NCBI GenBank assembly: GCA_043823435.1
Contig: JBDRAV010000002.1
Location: 61,755 to 125,754 of the forward strand
Source: Candidatus Omnitrophota bacterium
GTDB taxonomy: Bacteria > Omnitrophota > Gorgyraeia > Gygaellales > Profunditerraquicolaceae
Reading direction: 5' to 3'
Length of the DNA: 64,000 nt
Part shown: piece by piece, positions 1 to 9,117 of the stretch
Position numbering within the stretch: the first letter of the stretch is position 1
Layout: each line of letters starts with the position of its first letter
Translations under genes and position numbers: made by a program
Notes under the pieces: generated by a model
Database searches by the model: none
Told to the model about the DNA's origin: nothing
Seen by the model: the letters and a program-made list of their open reading frames with translations, nothing else

Positions 1-1
1 C

Positions 2-106
2 GCAGGAGCTGAGGGTACAGCGCAAGAGCCGCAGGCAGACAATAAGAAGGACGAAGATATCATCGATGCGGAGTATAAAGAAGAGGATGGCAAGGATAAG
101 AAGTAA
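2..106 (+). CDS. dnaK: Chaperone DnaK, C-terminal end (partial)
   Basis: Frame 2 reads AGAEGTAQEPQADNKKDEDIIDAEYKEEDGKDKK*. The 'DIIDAEY' tail is typical of DnaK, and dnaJ follows directly. Confidence 0.9.
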   Translation, partial: AGAEGTAQEPQADNKKDEDIIDAEYKEEDGKDKK

Positions 107-110
107 GCTT

Positions 111-201
111 GTTTATAGGTTATGGTTCACGGTTCATTGTCAATAAATTAAAGAGCAGTCTCTTGCAGCATTTTATTTACCATCAACTATGAACTTTGAA
201 C
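111..201. repeat. Inverted heptamer arrays (GTTCATR x5 / TATGAAC x4)
   Basis: gtttata ggttatg gttcacg gttcatt gtcaata (111-145) and tatttac catcaac tatgaac tttgaac (174-201). Confidence 0.7.
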
Positions 202-208
202 TAATATA

Positions 209-1321
209 ATGATGGCGACGAAACGCGACTATTACGAGATCCTGGGTGTTAAGAAAGGCGCGGCCCTTGATGAGATAAAGAAATCCTACCGGGAATTGGC
301 CTTGCGCTATCATCCAGATAGGGTGCCTCATGAACAGAAAAAAGAAGCAGAAGAGAAGTTCAAGGAGATCTCTGAGGCATATGCTGTGCTCTCTGATTCC
401 CAGAAGCGTGCACTTTATGACCAGTACGGACACTCCGGAATAGACCAGAAGTATGCCTATGAAGATATCTTTAAGGGGGCAGACTTTAGCAGCGTCTTTA
501 ACGGCATGGGGGATTCTGGCCTAGGAGGAGGAATCTTTGAGGAGATATTTGGTGACCTTGGCTTTGATATCTTCGGCGGAAGAGGAAGGCACGGCGGACG
601 CTCCCGCAGGGGAAGAGACCTTGAGATTACTATAGATATAACCCTGGAAGAGGCAGCGGCCGGTACGGAAAAGACGGTTACCGTACCGCGCTATGAAACA
701 TGTACCACATGTTCGGGCAGCGGAGCAAAGCCGGGGACTAAGAAAGTTACATGCTCTCAGTGTAGAGGTTCTGGTCGCGTAGTGGTTTCCAGCGGTTTCT
801 TTCAGGTTGCCCAAACTTGTCCACGCTGCAGGGGAGAAGGTTCGGTTATACAGAGCCCCTGTTCTGATTGCCGCGGCGAAGGCCGCACAAAAATTATCCG
901 CAAGATTAAAGTAAAAGTACCCACGGGCGTAGCTACCGGTTCGCATTTAAGGGTACGCGGTGAAGGGGAGGCAGGTACTGCAGGCCGCGGTGATTTGTAC
1001 GTGATTATTGAAGTATTGCCGCACAATATTTTCCAGAGGCATAATAATGATATATTGACCGAAATAACCATCAGTTTAACCAAGGCGATACTGGGAGCTG
1101 AGGTAGATGTGCTTACTCTTAACGGTAAGGTAGAAATGAAGATACCCGCAGGGACACAGCCAGGGAGGGTATTCCGTCTTAAAGAGAAGGGTATACCAGA
1201 TGTGCACGGCAGAGGCATAGGAGATGAATTGGTAAGAGTGAATGTGGAGATCCCCAGCCGCCTTACAGCCGAGCAGCGCCGGTTGATCGAAGAGTTTGCC
1301 AGGCTTTCTGGAGAAGGATAA
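209..1321 (+). CDS. dnaJ: Chaperone DnaJ (last ~15 aa in a shifted frame ending at 1365)
   Basis: J domain with HPD, G/F-rich region and four CxxCxGxG repeats. Confidence 0.97.
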   Translation: MMATKRDYYEILGVKKGAALDEIKKSYRELALRYHPDRVPHEQKKEAEEKFKEISEAYAVLSDSQKRALYDQYGHSGIDQKYAYEDIFKGADFSSVFNGMGDSGLGGGIFEEIFGDLGFDIFGGRGRHGGRSRRGRDLEITIDITLEEAAAGTEKTVTVPRYETCTTCSGSGAKPGTKKVTCSQCRGSGRVVVSSGFFQVAQTCPRCRGEGSVIQSPCSDCRGEGRTKIIRKIKVKVPTGVATGSHLRVRGEGEAGTAGRGDLYVIIEVLPHNIFQRHNNDILTEITISLTKAILGAEVDVLTLNGKVEMKIPAGTQPGRVFRLKEKGIPDVHGRGIGDELVRVNVEIPSRLTAEQRRLIEEFARLSGEG

Positions 1322-1365
1322 ATAAAGATAACTTTACGGATAAGATAAAGAAAGCATTTAAATAA

Positions 1366-1427
1366 AGTTATGAAAGTTAGACTCATAACTCATAACCAGT
1401 AACTCCGAGCGACGAAAGGAGCGAGGA
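1366..1427. repeat. Heptamer array (AGTTATG / ACTCATA) followed by a tandem-GA hairpin
   Basis: agttatg...actcata actcata accagta, then CCGAGCGAC-GAAA-GGAGCGAGG (1405-1426). Confidence 0.65.
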
Positions 1428-1702
1428 TGCCCACGTACGAATATGAATGCAGGCATTGCGGGTATAAATTTGAAGTATCCCAAAAGATCACCGAGAAGCA
1501 TCTGGATAATTGCCCGAAGTGCAACAATAAAATAAACAGGCTTATCGGTTCAGGTTTAGGTATAATCTTTAAGGGTTCAGGTTTCTACGCTACGGATTAC
1601 CGTAAGGGAATCCCTTCCAAAGCGCAGGAGAATGAGAAGACTGCTTGCCCTAAAATTAAAGACGGATGCCAAGGCTGCAATTTAACAGAAAACCCCTCTT
1701 AG
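1427..1702 (+). CDS. FmdB-family zinc-ribbon protein
   Basis: MPTYEYECxxC...CPxC...IIFKGSGFYATDY signature. Confidence 0.9.
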   Translation: MPTYEYECRHCGYKFEVSQKITEKHLDNCPKCNNKINRLIGSGLGIIFKGSGFYATDYRKGIPSKAQENEKTACPKIKDGCQGCNLTENPS

Positions 1703-1705
1703 CGC

Positions 1706-2992
1706 ATGGCAAGAATAGAGCCATTTAGAGCAGTTATATATAATCAGGGAGTGATTGGTGATCTTTCTTCCGTTGCATGCCCGCCTTATGACGTGATCTC
1801 GCCAGCCAAACAGCAATACTACCATGATCTCAGCCCGCATAATTTTATCCGTATACTTCTAGGGAAGGATCTTCCGAAGGAAGATAAGTACCGCAGGGCA
1901 GCGCAACTCTTCAATAATTGGCAGAAAGAAAAGGTGTTCATCCCGGACAGTAGCCCGGCAATCTATTTCTACAGCCAGCAATACAATTTAAAAGGAGAAA
2001 AAAAGACGCGTATGGGTTTTATCGCGCGTTTACGCCTGGAAGACAAGAATTCGGTCATATACACCCACGAACGCACGCGGGTCGAGCCGAAAGAGGACAG
2101 GTTGAAACTTTTGAAAGCGGTAAAGACGAATTTAAGCCCCATATTTGTCGTTTTTTCAGATAAAAAACGCGTCATCCGGTATGTCTACGAAACACAGGCC
2201 AGGGATACCGAACCTTTTATCGATATAGTGGATCAGGACAAGGTTTCCCATAAAATATGGAGGCTGGGAGGGGAGCACATTTTAAATAGAATACAGGCAG
2301 ATATGCAAAAAGAGAATATTTTCATTGCCGACGGCCATCATCGCTATGAGGTAGCCTGCGCATATAGAAGGGAGATGATAAAGAAATTAGGCGCCCCTGA
2401 CGACGGAGCAGGTTTCAATTATATCTTGGCTTATTTTACAAATACAAGCTCCAGCGCCCTAACCATATTGCCGATTCACCGGCTCCTTAAATTATCTCCG
2501 AGGCAGGATACGGGCAAGTTTATGGCGAGCCTGAAAGAGCACTTTGACCTAGAAGAGGTAAAAGATAAGGTGCGTTTCTTTTTTCTTATGGAGAAGGGCG
2601 GGCGTAGCGAACACCTGCTGGGAATGTATTGTGCAAAGAAGTACTGGCTCCTGCGTTTGAAGAATATCAAGATACTGGATAGGATAATCAGCGATAAACC
2701 GCGTGAGTTCAGATCCCTGGATATAGCCATACTCAATTACCTTATATTGAGGAGGACCTTGGGAGTAGACCTGGAAGATAAGGATATCCTTACGTTCAGC
2801 CACGACGCCAAGGAACTTGTCGAGAAAGCCGACAGTGACAGTTCTTACGTCGTCTTTTTTCTTAACCCGGTGAGAATGGAACAGATAATCTCAGTTGCCA
2901 AGACCGGTGAGAATATGCCGTCTAAATCGACTTATTTTTATCCGAAGGTACTCTCGGGATTACTGATAAATAAACACAAAGAGAATAGTTAG
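1706..2992 (+). CDS. DUF1015 family protein
   Basis: PPYDVIS, HE, NLSPIF, IADGHHRY and KSTYFYPK motifs. Confidence 0.88.
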   Translation: MARIEPFRAVIYNQGVIGDLSSVACPPYDVISPAKQQYYHDLSPHNFIRILLGKDLPKEDKYRRAAQLFNNWQKEKVFIPDSSPAIYFYSQQYNLKGEKKTRMGFIARLRLEDKNSVIYTHERTRVEPKEDRLKLLKAVKTNLSPIFVVFSDKKRVIRYVYETQARDTEPFIDIVDQDKVSHKIWRLGGEHILNRIQADMQKENIFIADGHHRYEVACAYRREMIKKLGAPDDGAGFNYILAYFTNTSSSALTILPIHRLLKLSPRQDTGKFMASLKEHFDLEEVKDKVRFFFLMEKGGRSEHLLGMYCAKKYWLLRLKNIKILDRIISDKPREFRSLDIAILNYLILRRTLGVDLEDKDILTFSHDAKELVEKADSDSSYVVFFLNPVRMEQIISVAKTGENMPSKSTYFYPKVLSGLLINKHKENS

Positions 2993-3053
2993 CTGAATAT
3001 ATTATTGATAAACAAACCTATCCCTCTTTTATGTTTATTAATAAGGAGGGAGG

Positions 3054-3111
3054 TTAATTCGCGCATATAACTTACTCATACTTTCGTATTCGTAAGTTAT
3101 GCGCTCATTAA
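3054..3111 (-). repeat. 58-bp TTAA-bounded tandem-GA hairpin element (copy A)
   Basis: Minus strand TTAATGAGCGCATAACTTACGAATAC-GAAA-GTATGAGTAAGTTATATGCGCGAATTAA; related to 16746-16800. Confidence 0.8.
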
Positions 3112-3951
3112 ATGGCTCTGTTCGGTAAACCAAAATACACAATAGTGAGTTTGAAGAAAAAGGAGATCCCCGAAGGGCTCTGGACAAAATGCGGGGGATG
3201 TTCCGAGGCGCTCTATAACAAAACGCTTGAAGAGAATCTTAAGGTCTGCCCGAAATGCGGTTACCATTTTGTGCTCGGGGCCTATGAGAGGATAGAAACG
3301 TTTCTGGATAAAGATACGTTCAGGGAATACGATAAAGATATGCTCTCGGCAGACCCCCTTGAATTTAAGGGCCCGAAGACTTACGCGGAGAAGATGTCGC
3401 AGGACCAGCTTACCACGGGTTTGAAAGAAGCGGTAGTGACCGGCGAAGGGCTCTTAGATGGTAAAAAGCTGATTATCGGGGTTACGGACTCACGTTTCAT
3501 CATGGGCTCGATGGGTTCGGTAGTGGGAGAGAAGATAACCCGCGCCATAGAGAGCGCGACGAAAGAAAGGCTGCCCCTGGTCATTATCTCTGGCTCCGGG
3601 GGCGGGGCAAGGATGTATGAGGGATTATTCAGCCTGATGCAGATGGCAAAGACATCAGCCGCGCTTTATTACTACCATAAAGCCAGGCTTCCTTATATAT
3701 CCATACTGACTAACCCTACCATGGCGGGCGTGATGGCTTCATTCGCGGGGTTAGGCGATATAATTATCGCTGAACCAAAGGCATTAATCGGTTTTACGGG
3801 ACCCAGGGTCATAGAGCAGACTATAAGGCAGAAACTGCCTTTGGGGTTTCAGCGCTCGGAATTTTTGCTGGAGCACGGCATGATCGATATGGTGGTACTC
3901 AGGAAGAATATGAAAGGCACGGTTGGCCAGATAATTGATTATCTGAGCTGA
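3112..3951 (+). CDS. accD: Acetyl-CoA carboxylase carboxyltransferase beta subunit
   Basis: GLWTKC zinc finger, GSMGSVVGEKI, GGARM and FQRSEFLLEHG. Confidence 0.96.
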   Translation: MALFGKPKYTIVSLKKKEIPEGLWTKCGGCSEALYNKTLEENLKVCPKCGYHFVLGAYERIETFLDKDTFREYDKDMLSADPLEFKGPKTYAEKMSQDQLTTGLKEAVVTGEGLLDGKKLIIGVTDSRFIMGSMGSVVGEKITRAIESATKERLPLVIISGSGGGARMYEGLFSLMQMAKTSAALYYYHKARLPYISILTNPTMAGVMASFAGLGDIIIAEPKALIGFTGPRVIEQTIRQKLPLGFQRSEFLLEHGMIDMVVLRKNMKGTVGQIIDYLS

Positions 3952-4013
3952 TCTTTTATAGATAATTGTTATAATAATGCCGCTATTTTTTTAAACGAAC
4001 GGAGCAAAAAAGA

Positions 4014-5117
4014 ATGGCGCAGGTAAGCCTAAAGAATGTTTCAAAAGAATTCTCTAACGGCACCAAGGCGGTCAACAATATTTCATTGGGGGTTGAGAAT
4101 AAGGAATTCATGGTCTTAGTCGGGCCTTCCGGGTGCGGTAAGTCTACGACCTTAAGGATGATTGCCGGTTTAGAAGAGATAACGCAGGGAGATATCTATA
4201 TAGGCGATAAACTGGTTAACGACATACCCGCTAAGGACCGCGATATCGCCATGGTCTTCCAGAATTACGCGATCTATCCGCACTTTACCGTATTTGATAA
4301 TATGGCATTCGGCCTGAAGCTGAGAAATTACCCCAAGCCCGAGATCGTCCGCAGGGTCAATGAAGCAGCCGAGATCTTAAGCATAAGGCATCTTTTGAAC
4401 CGCAAACCCCGCGAGCTCTCCGGCGGCGAGAGGCAGCGCGTTGCCGTAGGCAGGGCGATTGTCAGGAAACCCGCGGTCTTTTTGTTCGATGAGCCATTAA
4501 GCAACCTTGACGCAAAGTTAAGGATCCAGATGCGCACTGAGATACACAAGCTGCATATAAGGCTTCAATCAACGATAATATACGTTACCCACGACCAGGT
4601 TGAAGCTATGACTATGGGCGACAGGATAGCCGTAATGAGAGGCGGAATATTGCAGCAGGTAGATGATCCCATGCAGGTCTATGACCATCCGAAAAATAAA
4701 TTTGTTTCCGGATTTATCGGTTCCCCTCCCATGAGTTTCATGGAAGGCAGGATAATCAATAAAAACGGGAGAATATATTTTGAGGAAGGCAGGGTAGCCG
4801 TAAGGGTCGTTGAAGACATGTATCCGAAAATCACTCCTTATATCGGAAAGGAGATCATCTTCGGTATACGCTCAGAGGATATTTACGATAAATTATTTGT
4901 TTCAGAGGCGCCTCCGGAGAATATTATAAGGGTAAATTGCGAAGTAGTGGAGCCCATGGGTTCTGAGGTATACCTGTATTTAAATACCGGAAAACATACT
5001 TTTGTTGCCCGTGCCGGAGCGCACGACAGGCCGCGCGTAAACCAGAATATGGAAGTGGTTTTCGATATGAGTAAGGTGCACTTTTTCGACAAGAATACCG
5101 AAGAGACGATTGCATAG
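4014..5117 (+). CDS. Carbohydrate ABC transporter ATPase (MalK/UgpC/MsmX type), stand-alone
   Basis: GPSGCGKST, LSGGERQR, DEPLSNLDAK, YVTHDQVEAM and a C-terminal TOBE region. Confidence 0.93.
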   Translation: MAQVSLKNVSKEFSNGTKAVNNISLGVENKEFMVLVGPSGCGKSTTLRMIAGLEEITQGDIYIGDKLVNDIPAKDRDIAMVFQNYAIYPHFTVFDNMAFGLKLRNYPKPEIVRRVNEAAEILSIRHLLNRKPRELSGGERQRVAVGRAIVRKPAVFLFDEPLSNLDAKLRIQMRTEIHKLHIRLQSTIIYVTHDQVEAMTMGDRIAVMRGGILQQVDDPMQVYDHPKNKFVSGFIGSPPMSFMEGRIINKNGRIYFEEGRVAVRVVEDMYPKITPYIGKEIIFGIRSEDIYDKLFVSEAPPENIIRVNCEVVEPMGSEVYLYLNTGKHTFVARAGAHDRPRVNQNMEVVFDMSKVHFFDKNTEETIA

Positions 5118-5161
5118 ATTATCAGTTTTATTTGGTATAAGACAGGGCTTGTAACAAAGAT

Positions 5162-6445
5162 GTGCGGGATAAAAGGAAAATCCTATCCCCATTCTGCGCG
5201 AATACCGCCTTCGTCAGGCCCGCTTTCTTCATCCCTGCGATGTTCCATATAGATATGCCCCTACCAAGATTATTAGCCGTTTTCCTCCTAGTCAATATAA
5301 TCAGTGTATATTACCTGTTTAACAGGTATTACAGGAAAAAGCGCTCTCTTGCGATAAACAGCCAGGGCCTGGAAGAGAAGATAAATATCCTGAATACCGA
5401 AAACGTCCGGGAAGAAAGAAACAATTCTGCATTGCAGGAAAAGATCAAGCGCTACAGCGGTCTTAAAGAGATCGTCGAAGTGATAGACCAGAAACTGGAC
5501 CTGGAATATATAGGGGAGAGCCTTACATCAATTGCTTTCTCCATGATTGGCGCAAGTAAAGGGACGTGTACGCTATATTTACTGGATAACCGGACTCAGC
5601 GCCTGAGCCTTTTTAAGACAAAAAAAGAGAATGAGGGGCTGATCATTAAGGCGAAAGATGGGGATATCTTTGACCTGTGGGTATTAAGGCATTTCAGCCC
5701 TTTGTTAATAGAAGATACCAAGAGGGACTTCCGTTTCGACCTGGAGAAGATAGGGGTTAAAGATATAAGGCCTATTTCTTCCTTGATCAGTTCGCCGCTG
5801 ATAAGTGAGCATAAGTTTTTGGGGTTGCTAAGGATCGATAATCCATCCCCCGGATTTTATTCCCAGGATGACCTCAGGTTTCTGGCAACCGTATGCGATC
5901 TTGGGGCGGTCGCTATTGAAAACGGGGAGCTCTTCCAACGGACCAGGGATCTGGCTATCCACGATGAATTGACCCGTCTTTATACCAAGGGGTATTTCAT
6001 TGAGCAATTGGGAATAAAATGCAACAGGGGCCTGCGCCAGAATGCGTTCTTTTCGCTGCTCATGTTTGATATCGACTATTTTAAAAATTACAACGATAAA
6101 TTCGGGCATACCAGCGGCGATTTAGTATTAAAGAGCTTGAGCCATACCATAACTGATTCCTTAAAGAAATTCGACCCTCTTGTAAGCCGTTTCGGAGGAG
6201 AGGAATTCTGTGTAATCCTGCCTTCCCAGGACAAGAATGCCGCTTACATTATCGCCGATGAGCTCAGGGCAAAAATAGAGAAAACAAAGATAATCTTACG
6301 TAACGAGGAGACACATATCAGGGTCTCTATAGGTGTAGCTTCTTTCCCGCGGGATGCTATGGATGCGGATGGGCTTATCTTGAGGTCTGACAAGGCGATG
6401 TATGAAGCAAAACAGAACGGGAGAAACCGGGTATGCTTAGCCTGA
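5162..6445 (+). CDS. Membrane-anchored GAF-GGDEF diguanylate cyclase (start uncertain)
   Basis: Transmembrane segment, coiled coil, GAF-like region, DIDYFKNYNDKFGH and RFGGEEF. Confidence 0.9.
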   Translation: MRDKRKILSPFCANTAFVRPAFFIPAMFHIDMPLPRLLAVFLLVNIISVYYLFNRYYRKKRSLAINSQGLEEKINILNTENVREERNNSALQEKIKRYSGLKEIVEVIDQKLDLEYIGESLTSIAFSMIGASKGTCTLYLLDNRTQRLSLFKTKKENEGLIIKAKDGDIFDLWVLRHFSPLLIEDTKRDFRFDLEKIGVKDIRPISSLISSPLISEHKFLGLLRIDNPSPGFYSQDDLRFLATVCDLGAVAIENGELFQRTRDLAIHDELTRLYTKGYFIEQLGIKCNRGLRQNAFFSLLMFDIDYFKNYNDKFGHTSGDLVLKSLSHTITDSLKKFDPLVSRFGGEEFCVILPSQDKNAAYIIADELRAKIEKTKIILRNEETHIRVSIGVASFPRDAMDADGLILRSDKAMYEAKQNGRNRVCLA

Positions 6446-7431
6446 TCATATTGGTTTTATTCAGCATGTTTCTGCATCTATCCTTGCGTAGTAGGTTAGA
6501 GGGGCGGATAGTCAGCGTGCCTGTTTTTAACCATGCTAAGGGAGAATACGACAGGCTGCTTGCGCATAACGATGAACTTAAGGCCGCTAATCAGGACCTG
6601 CAGGTGATTCTTGAAGGTATCATGGCGCTTTACGATATAACAAAACAGATCTGCAAGACCCTGGAGATAGATAAGGTCTTTGGAAACTTCAAGAGCGAGA
6701 TGAACAAATACATCAGGTCAGGCGATTGCCAATTTCTCAAGGGAGAGGTAGACATATCTTTTTATAAAGATAAAGCTTACGCGATAATCCCGCTAAACAT
6801 AAACGATAAGCTTGTGGGTTATCTGGTAGCTGACGGGATAAGTCGGGAGGACAAGGAAAGGTTCCATATACTATCCCAGCAATTTCTTCTTGGGGTTAAA
6901 AGGGCAATACTTTATCAGGATGTGCAGGGGTTGGCTATTATAGACAGCCTGACCAATATCTTTAACCGCCGCCATTACATGGAGAGGTTCAAGGAGGAGA
7001 TAGAACGCTCAAGGAAGTCCAAATATAAATTCTGCTGTCTGATGGTAGACATAGATTATTTCGAAAGTTTTAATGACCGCTACGGCCATATAGTAGGAGA
7101 TGCCATATTAAGGGAACTCTCTAAGGCCATACAGGAGAATATCAGGCAGATTGACCTGATTTGCAGGTATGGGGGAGAAGAGTTTTCCCTTATCTTGAGC
7201 GAGACGGATAAAGAGGCGGCCAAATTTGCAGCAGAACGTATACGTTTGGCCGTACAGGACAGGCGCATACGCGTATACGACGAAGAATTAAAGGTCACGG
7301 TGAGTATCGGCATTTCTGCTTATCCTGATGACGGCAAAGATATGGTAAAGCTTATCGATGCCGCGGATTCGGCTCTATACCGGGCAAAGCAGGAAGGCAG
7401 AAACAGGGCTTTTATCTATGGAGCCAAGTAA
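6433..7431 (+). CDS. GGDEF diguanylate cyclase-family protein with I-site
   Basis: N-terminal transmembrane segment, DSLT, DIDYFESFND and RQID...RYGGEEF. Confidence 0.9.
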   Translation: MLSLIILVLFSMFLHLSLRSRLEGRIVSVPVFNHAKGEYDRLLAHNDELKAANQDLQVILEGIMALYDITKQICKTLEIDKVFGNFKSEMNKYIRSGDCQFLKGEVDISFYKDKAYAIIPLNINDKLVGYLVADGISREDKERFHILSQQFLLGVKRAILYQDVQGLAIIDSLTNIFNRRHYMERFKEEIERSRKSKYKFCCLMVDIDYFESFNDRYGHIVGDAILRELSKAIQENIRQIDLICRYGGEEFSLILSETDKEAAKFAAERIRLAVQDRRIRVYDEELKVTVSIGISAYPDDGKDMVKLIDAADSALYRAKQEGRNRAFIYGAK

Positions 7432-7434
7432 TAA

Positions 7435-7509
7435 ATAGGGACAGCGACTATTTTTCTTATTCAAAGATAGAAAATAGTCGCTGTCCCTATAATATTGTCC
7501 CTATAATAT
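7435..7509. repeat. Long GGGACAG...CTGTCCC hairpin (REP-like, possibly a terminator) plus a 14-bp tandem duplication
   Basis: ATAGGGACAGCGACTATTTT pairs with AAAATAGTCGCTGTCCCTAT; TGTCCCTATAATAT occurs twice (7482-7509). Confidence 0.75.
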
Positions 7510-7512
7510 TTA

Positions 7513-7541
7513 TTGCAATTGAGGCATCTTTACGATAAAAT
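7513..7541 (+). promoter_or_regulatory. Putative sigma70 promoter of the ROK operon
   Basis: TTGCAA-17 bp-TAAAAT, ending 8 nt before the ATG at 7550. Confidence 0.5.
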
Positions 7542-7549
7542 AAGCGCTT

Positions 7550-8476
7550 ATGGCGAAGAAATTTATCATAGCTATTGATTTAGGCGGGACGAATTTAAAG
7601 ATCGCACTCCTTGATACCCGCTGCCGGATTAAAGACAAGATCATTCTAAGTACGCATCGGTTCAGTAATAAAGAGATGCTTATTTCGGCAATCTCGGATT
7701 CCGTAGATAAGATTATAAAGGATAATAAGTTAAGTAAGCGGGATATCCTTGGTATCGGCGTGGGGTTAGCCGGATTGATAGATTATGAAAAAGGGGTAGT
7801 CCATTTCCTGCCTAATATCCCCGGATGGAAAGAAGTAGCGCTTAAGCGCATTCTTGAAAGAAGGCTTGGGTTGCCGGTATTACTGGATAACGATGTTAAC
7901 TTGATGTCGCTGGCAGAATATAAAATGGGAGCAGCGAAGGGTTCTAAGAATGCAATATGTATTACCCTGGGTACGGGCGTAGGGGCGGGTATTATCATTA
8001 ACGGTAGCCTTTACCGCGGGTCATCTAACGCAGCCGGGGAAATAGGGCATATGCCTATTAATGAAAAAGGGCCCCGTTGTAATTGCGGCGGCAGCGCATG
8101 CCTTGAGGATTATATCGGCAATAGCATAGTCTTAAAAGAGGCAAAGGGCGTCTTCAGGCGGGATATCTCTCTTGAGGAGTTAAGCTGTTTGGCGAAGAGG
8201 GGAGACCGCAGGGCCCGGGCAATATGGCTAAAAGTAGCCGGAAGATTATCGGTTGCGCTTGTGGGCGTAACAAACCTGCTTAATCCCGACCGTATAGTTA
8301 TCGGCGGAGGAGTGGCAGGCGCGGGGAAAATATTATTTAAAAATATAAGAAAGATTATCATGCAGCGGGCAATGAGCGTGCAGGCAGGGAAGGTGAAAGT
8401 CTATAAGGCGAAACTGGGAAATAATGCGGGTTTAATCGGGGCAGCCATACTCGTGAAGCATGAGGCTGGAAGATGA
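7550..8476 (+). CDS. ROK-family sugar kinase (glucokinase-like)
   Basis: [19 protein letters not shown] and GEIGH...[10 protein letters not shown]. Confidence 0.92.
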   Translation: MAKKFIIAIDLGGTNLKIALLDTRCRIKDKIILSTHRFSNKEMLISAISDSVDKIIKDNKLSKRDILGIGVGLAGLIDYEKGVVHFLPNIPGWKEVALKRILERRLGLPVLLDNDVNLMSLAEYKMGAAKGSKNAICITLGTGVGAGIIINGSLYRGSSNAAGEIGHMPINEKGPRCNCGGSACLEDYIGNSIVLKEAKGVFRRDISLEELSCLAKRGDRRARAIWLKVAGRLSVALVGVTNLLNPDRIVIGGGVAGAGKILFKNIRKIIMQRAMSVQAGKVKVYKAKLGNNAGLIGAAILVKHEAGR

Positions 8477-9117
8477 AGATCTTCATCGATACGGCAAACG
8501 TCAAAGAGATAAGAGAAGCGGAGTCATTAGGGGTAATTGACGGCGTAACGACAAATCCGACTTTGATCGCAAGAGAAAAACGTAAAGCGCATGATCTGAT
8601 AAAAGAGATCTGTTCCCTGGTAGAAGGTCCGGTGAGCGCAGAAGTCATCGGGCTGCAATCAAAGGATATGGTTAAGGAGGCCGTGGAACTTTCAGAGATA
8701 GCAAAAAACGTGGTAATCAAGATACCTTTGATCAAGGAAGGGCTTAAGGCGGTAAGGGTCCTGCACGGTAAGGGGATAAAGACTAATGTTACCTTATGTT
8801 TTTCTGCGTCCCAGGCATTACTGGCAGCCAAGGCAGGAGCAGATTACGTTTCGCCGTTTATCGGCAGGCTTGATGATATAAGCCAAAAGGGGATGGATTT
8901 AATCGCCGATATAAAACAGATCTATGCGAATTATAATTTTAAGACCGAGATCATCGTGGCCTCGGTACGCAGCCCCATGCATGTTGTGGAAGCGGCGAAG
9001 ATCGGGGCTGATATAGCCACCGTTCCCTTCGCAGTAATCGAGCAGCTCATAAGACACCCTTTAACGGATACAGGAATCCAGCGGTTCCTGGAGGATTACA
9101 AGAAGATTCCCGGATAA
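8473..9117 (+). CDS. Transaldolase / fructose-6-phosphate aldolase family
   Basis: [21 protein letters not shown] and [11 protein letters not shown]. Confidence 0.93.
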   Translation: MKIFIDTANVKEIREAESLGVIDGVTTNPTLIAREKRKAHDLIKEICSLVEGPVSAEVIGLQSKDMVKEAVELSEIAKNVVIKIPLIKEGLKAVRVLHGKGIKTNVTLCFSASQALLAAKAGADYVSPFIGRLDDISQKGMDLIADIKQIYANYNFKTEIIVASVRSPMHVVEAAKIGADIATVPFAVIEQLIRHPLTDTGIQRFLEDYKKIPG

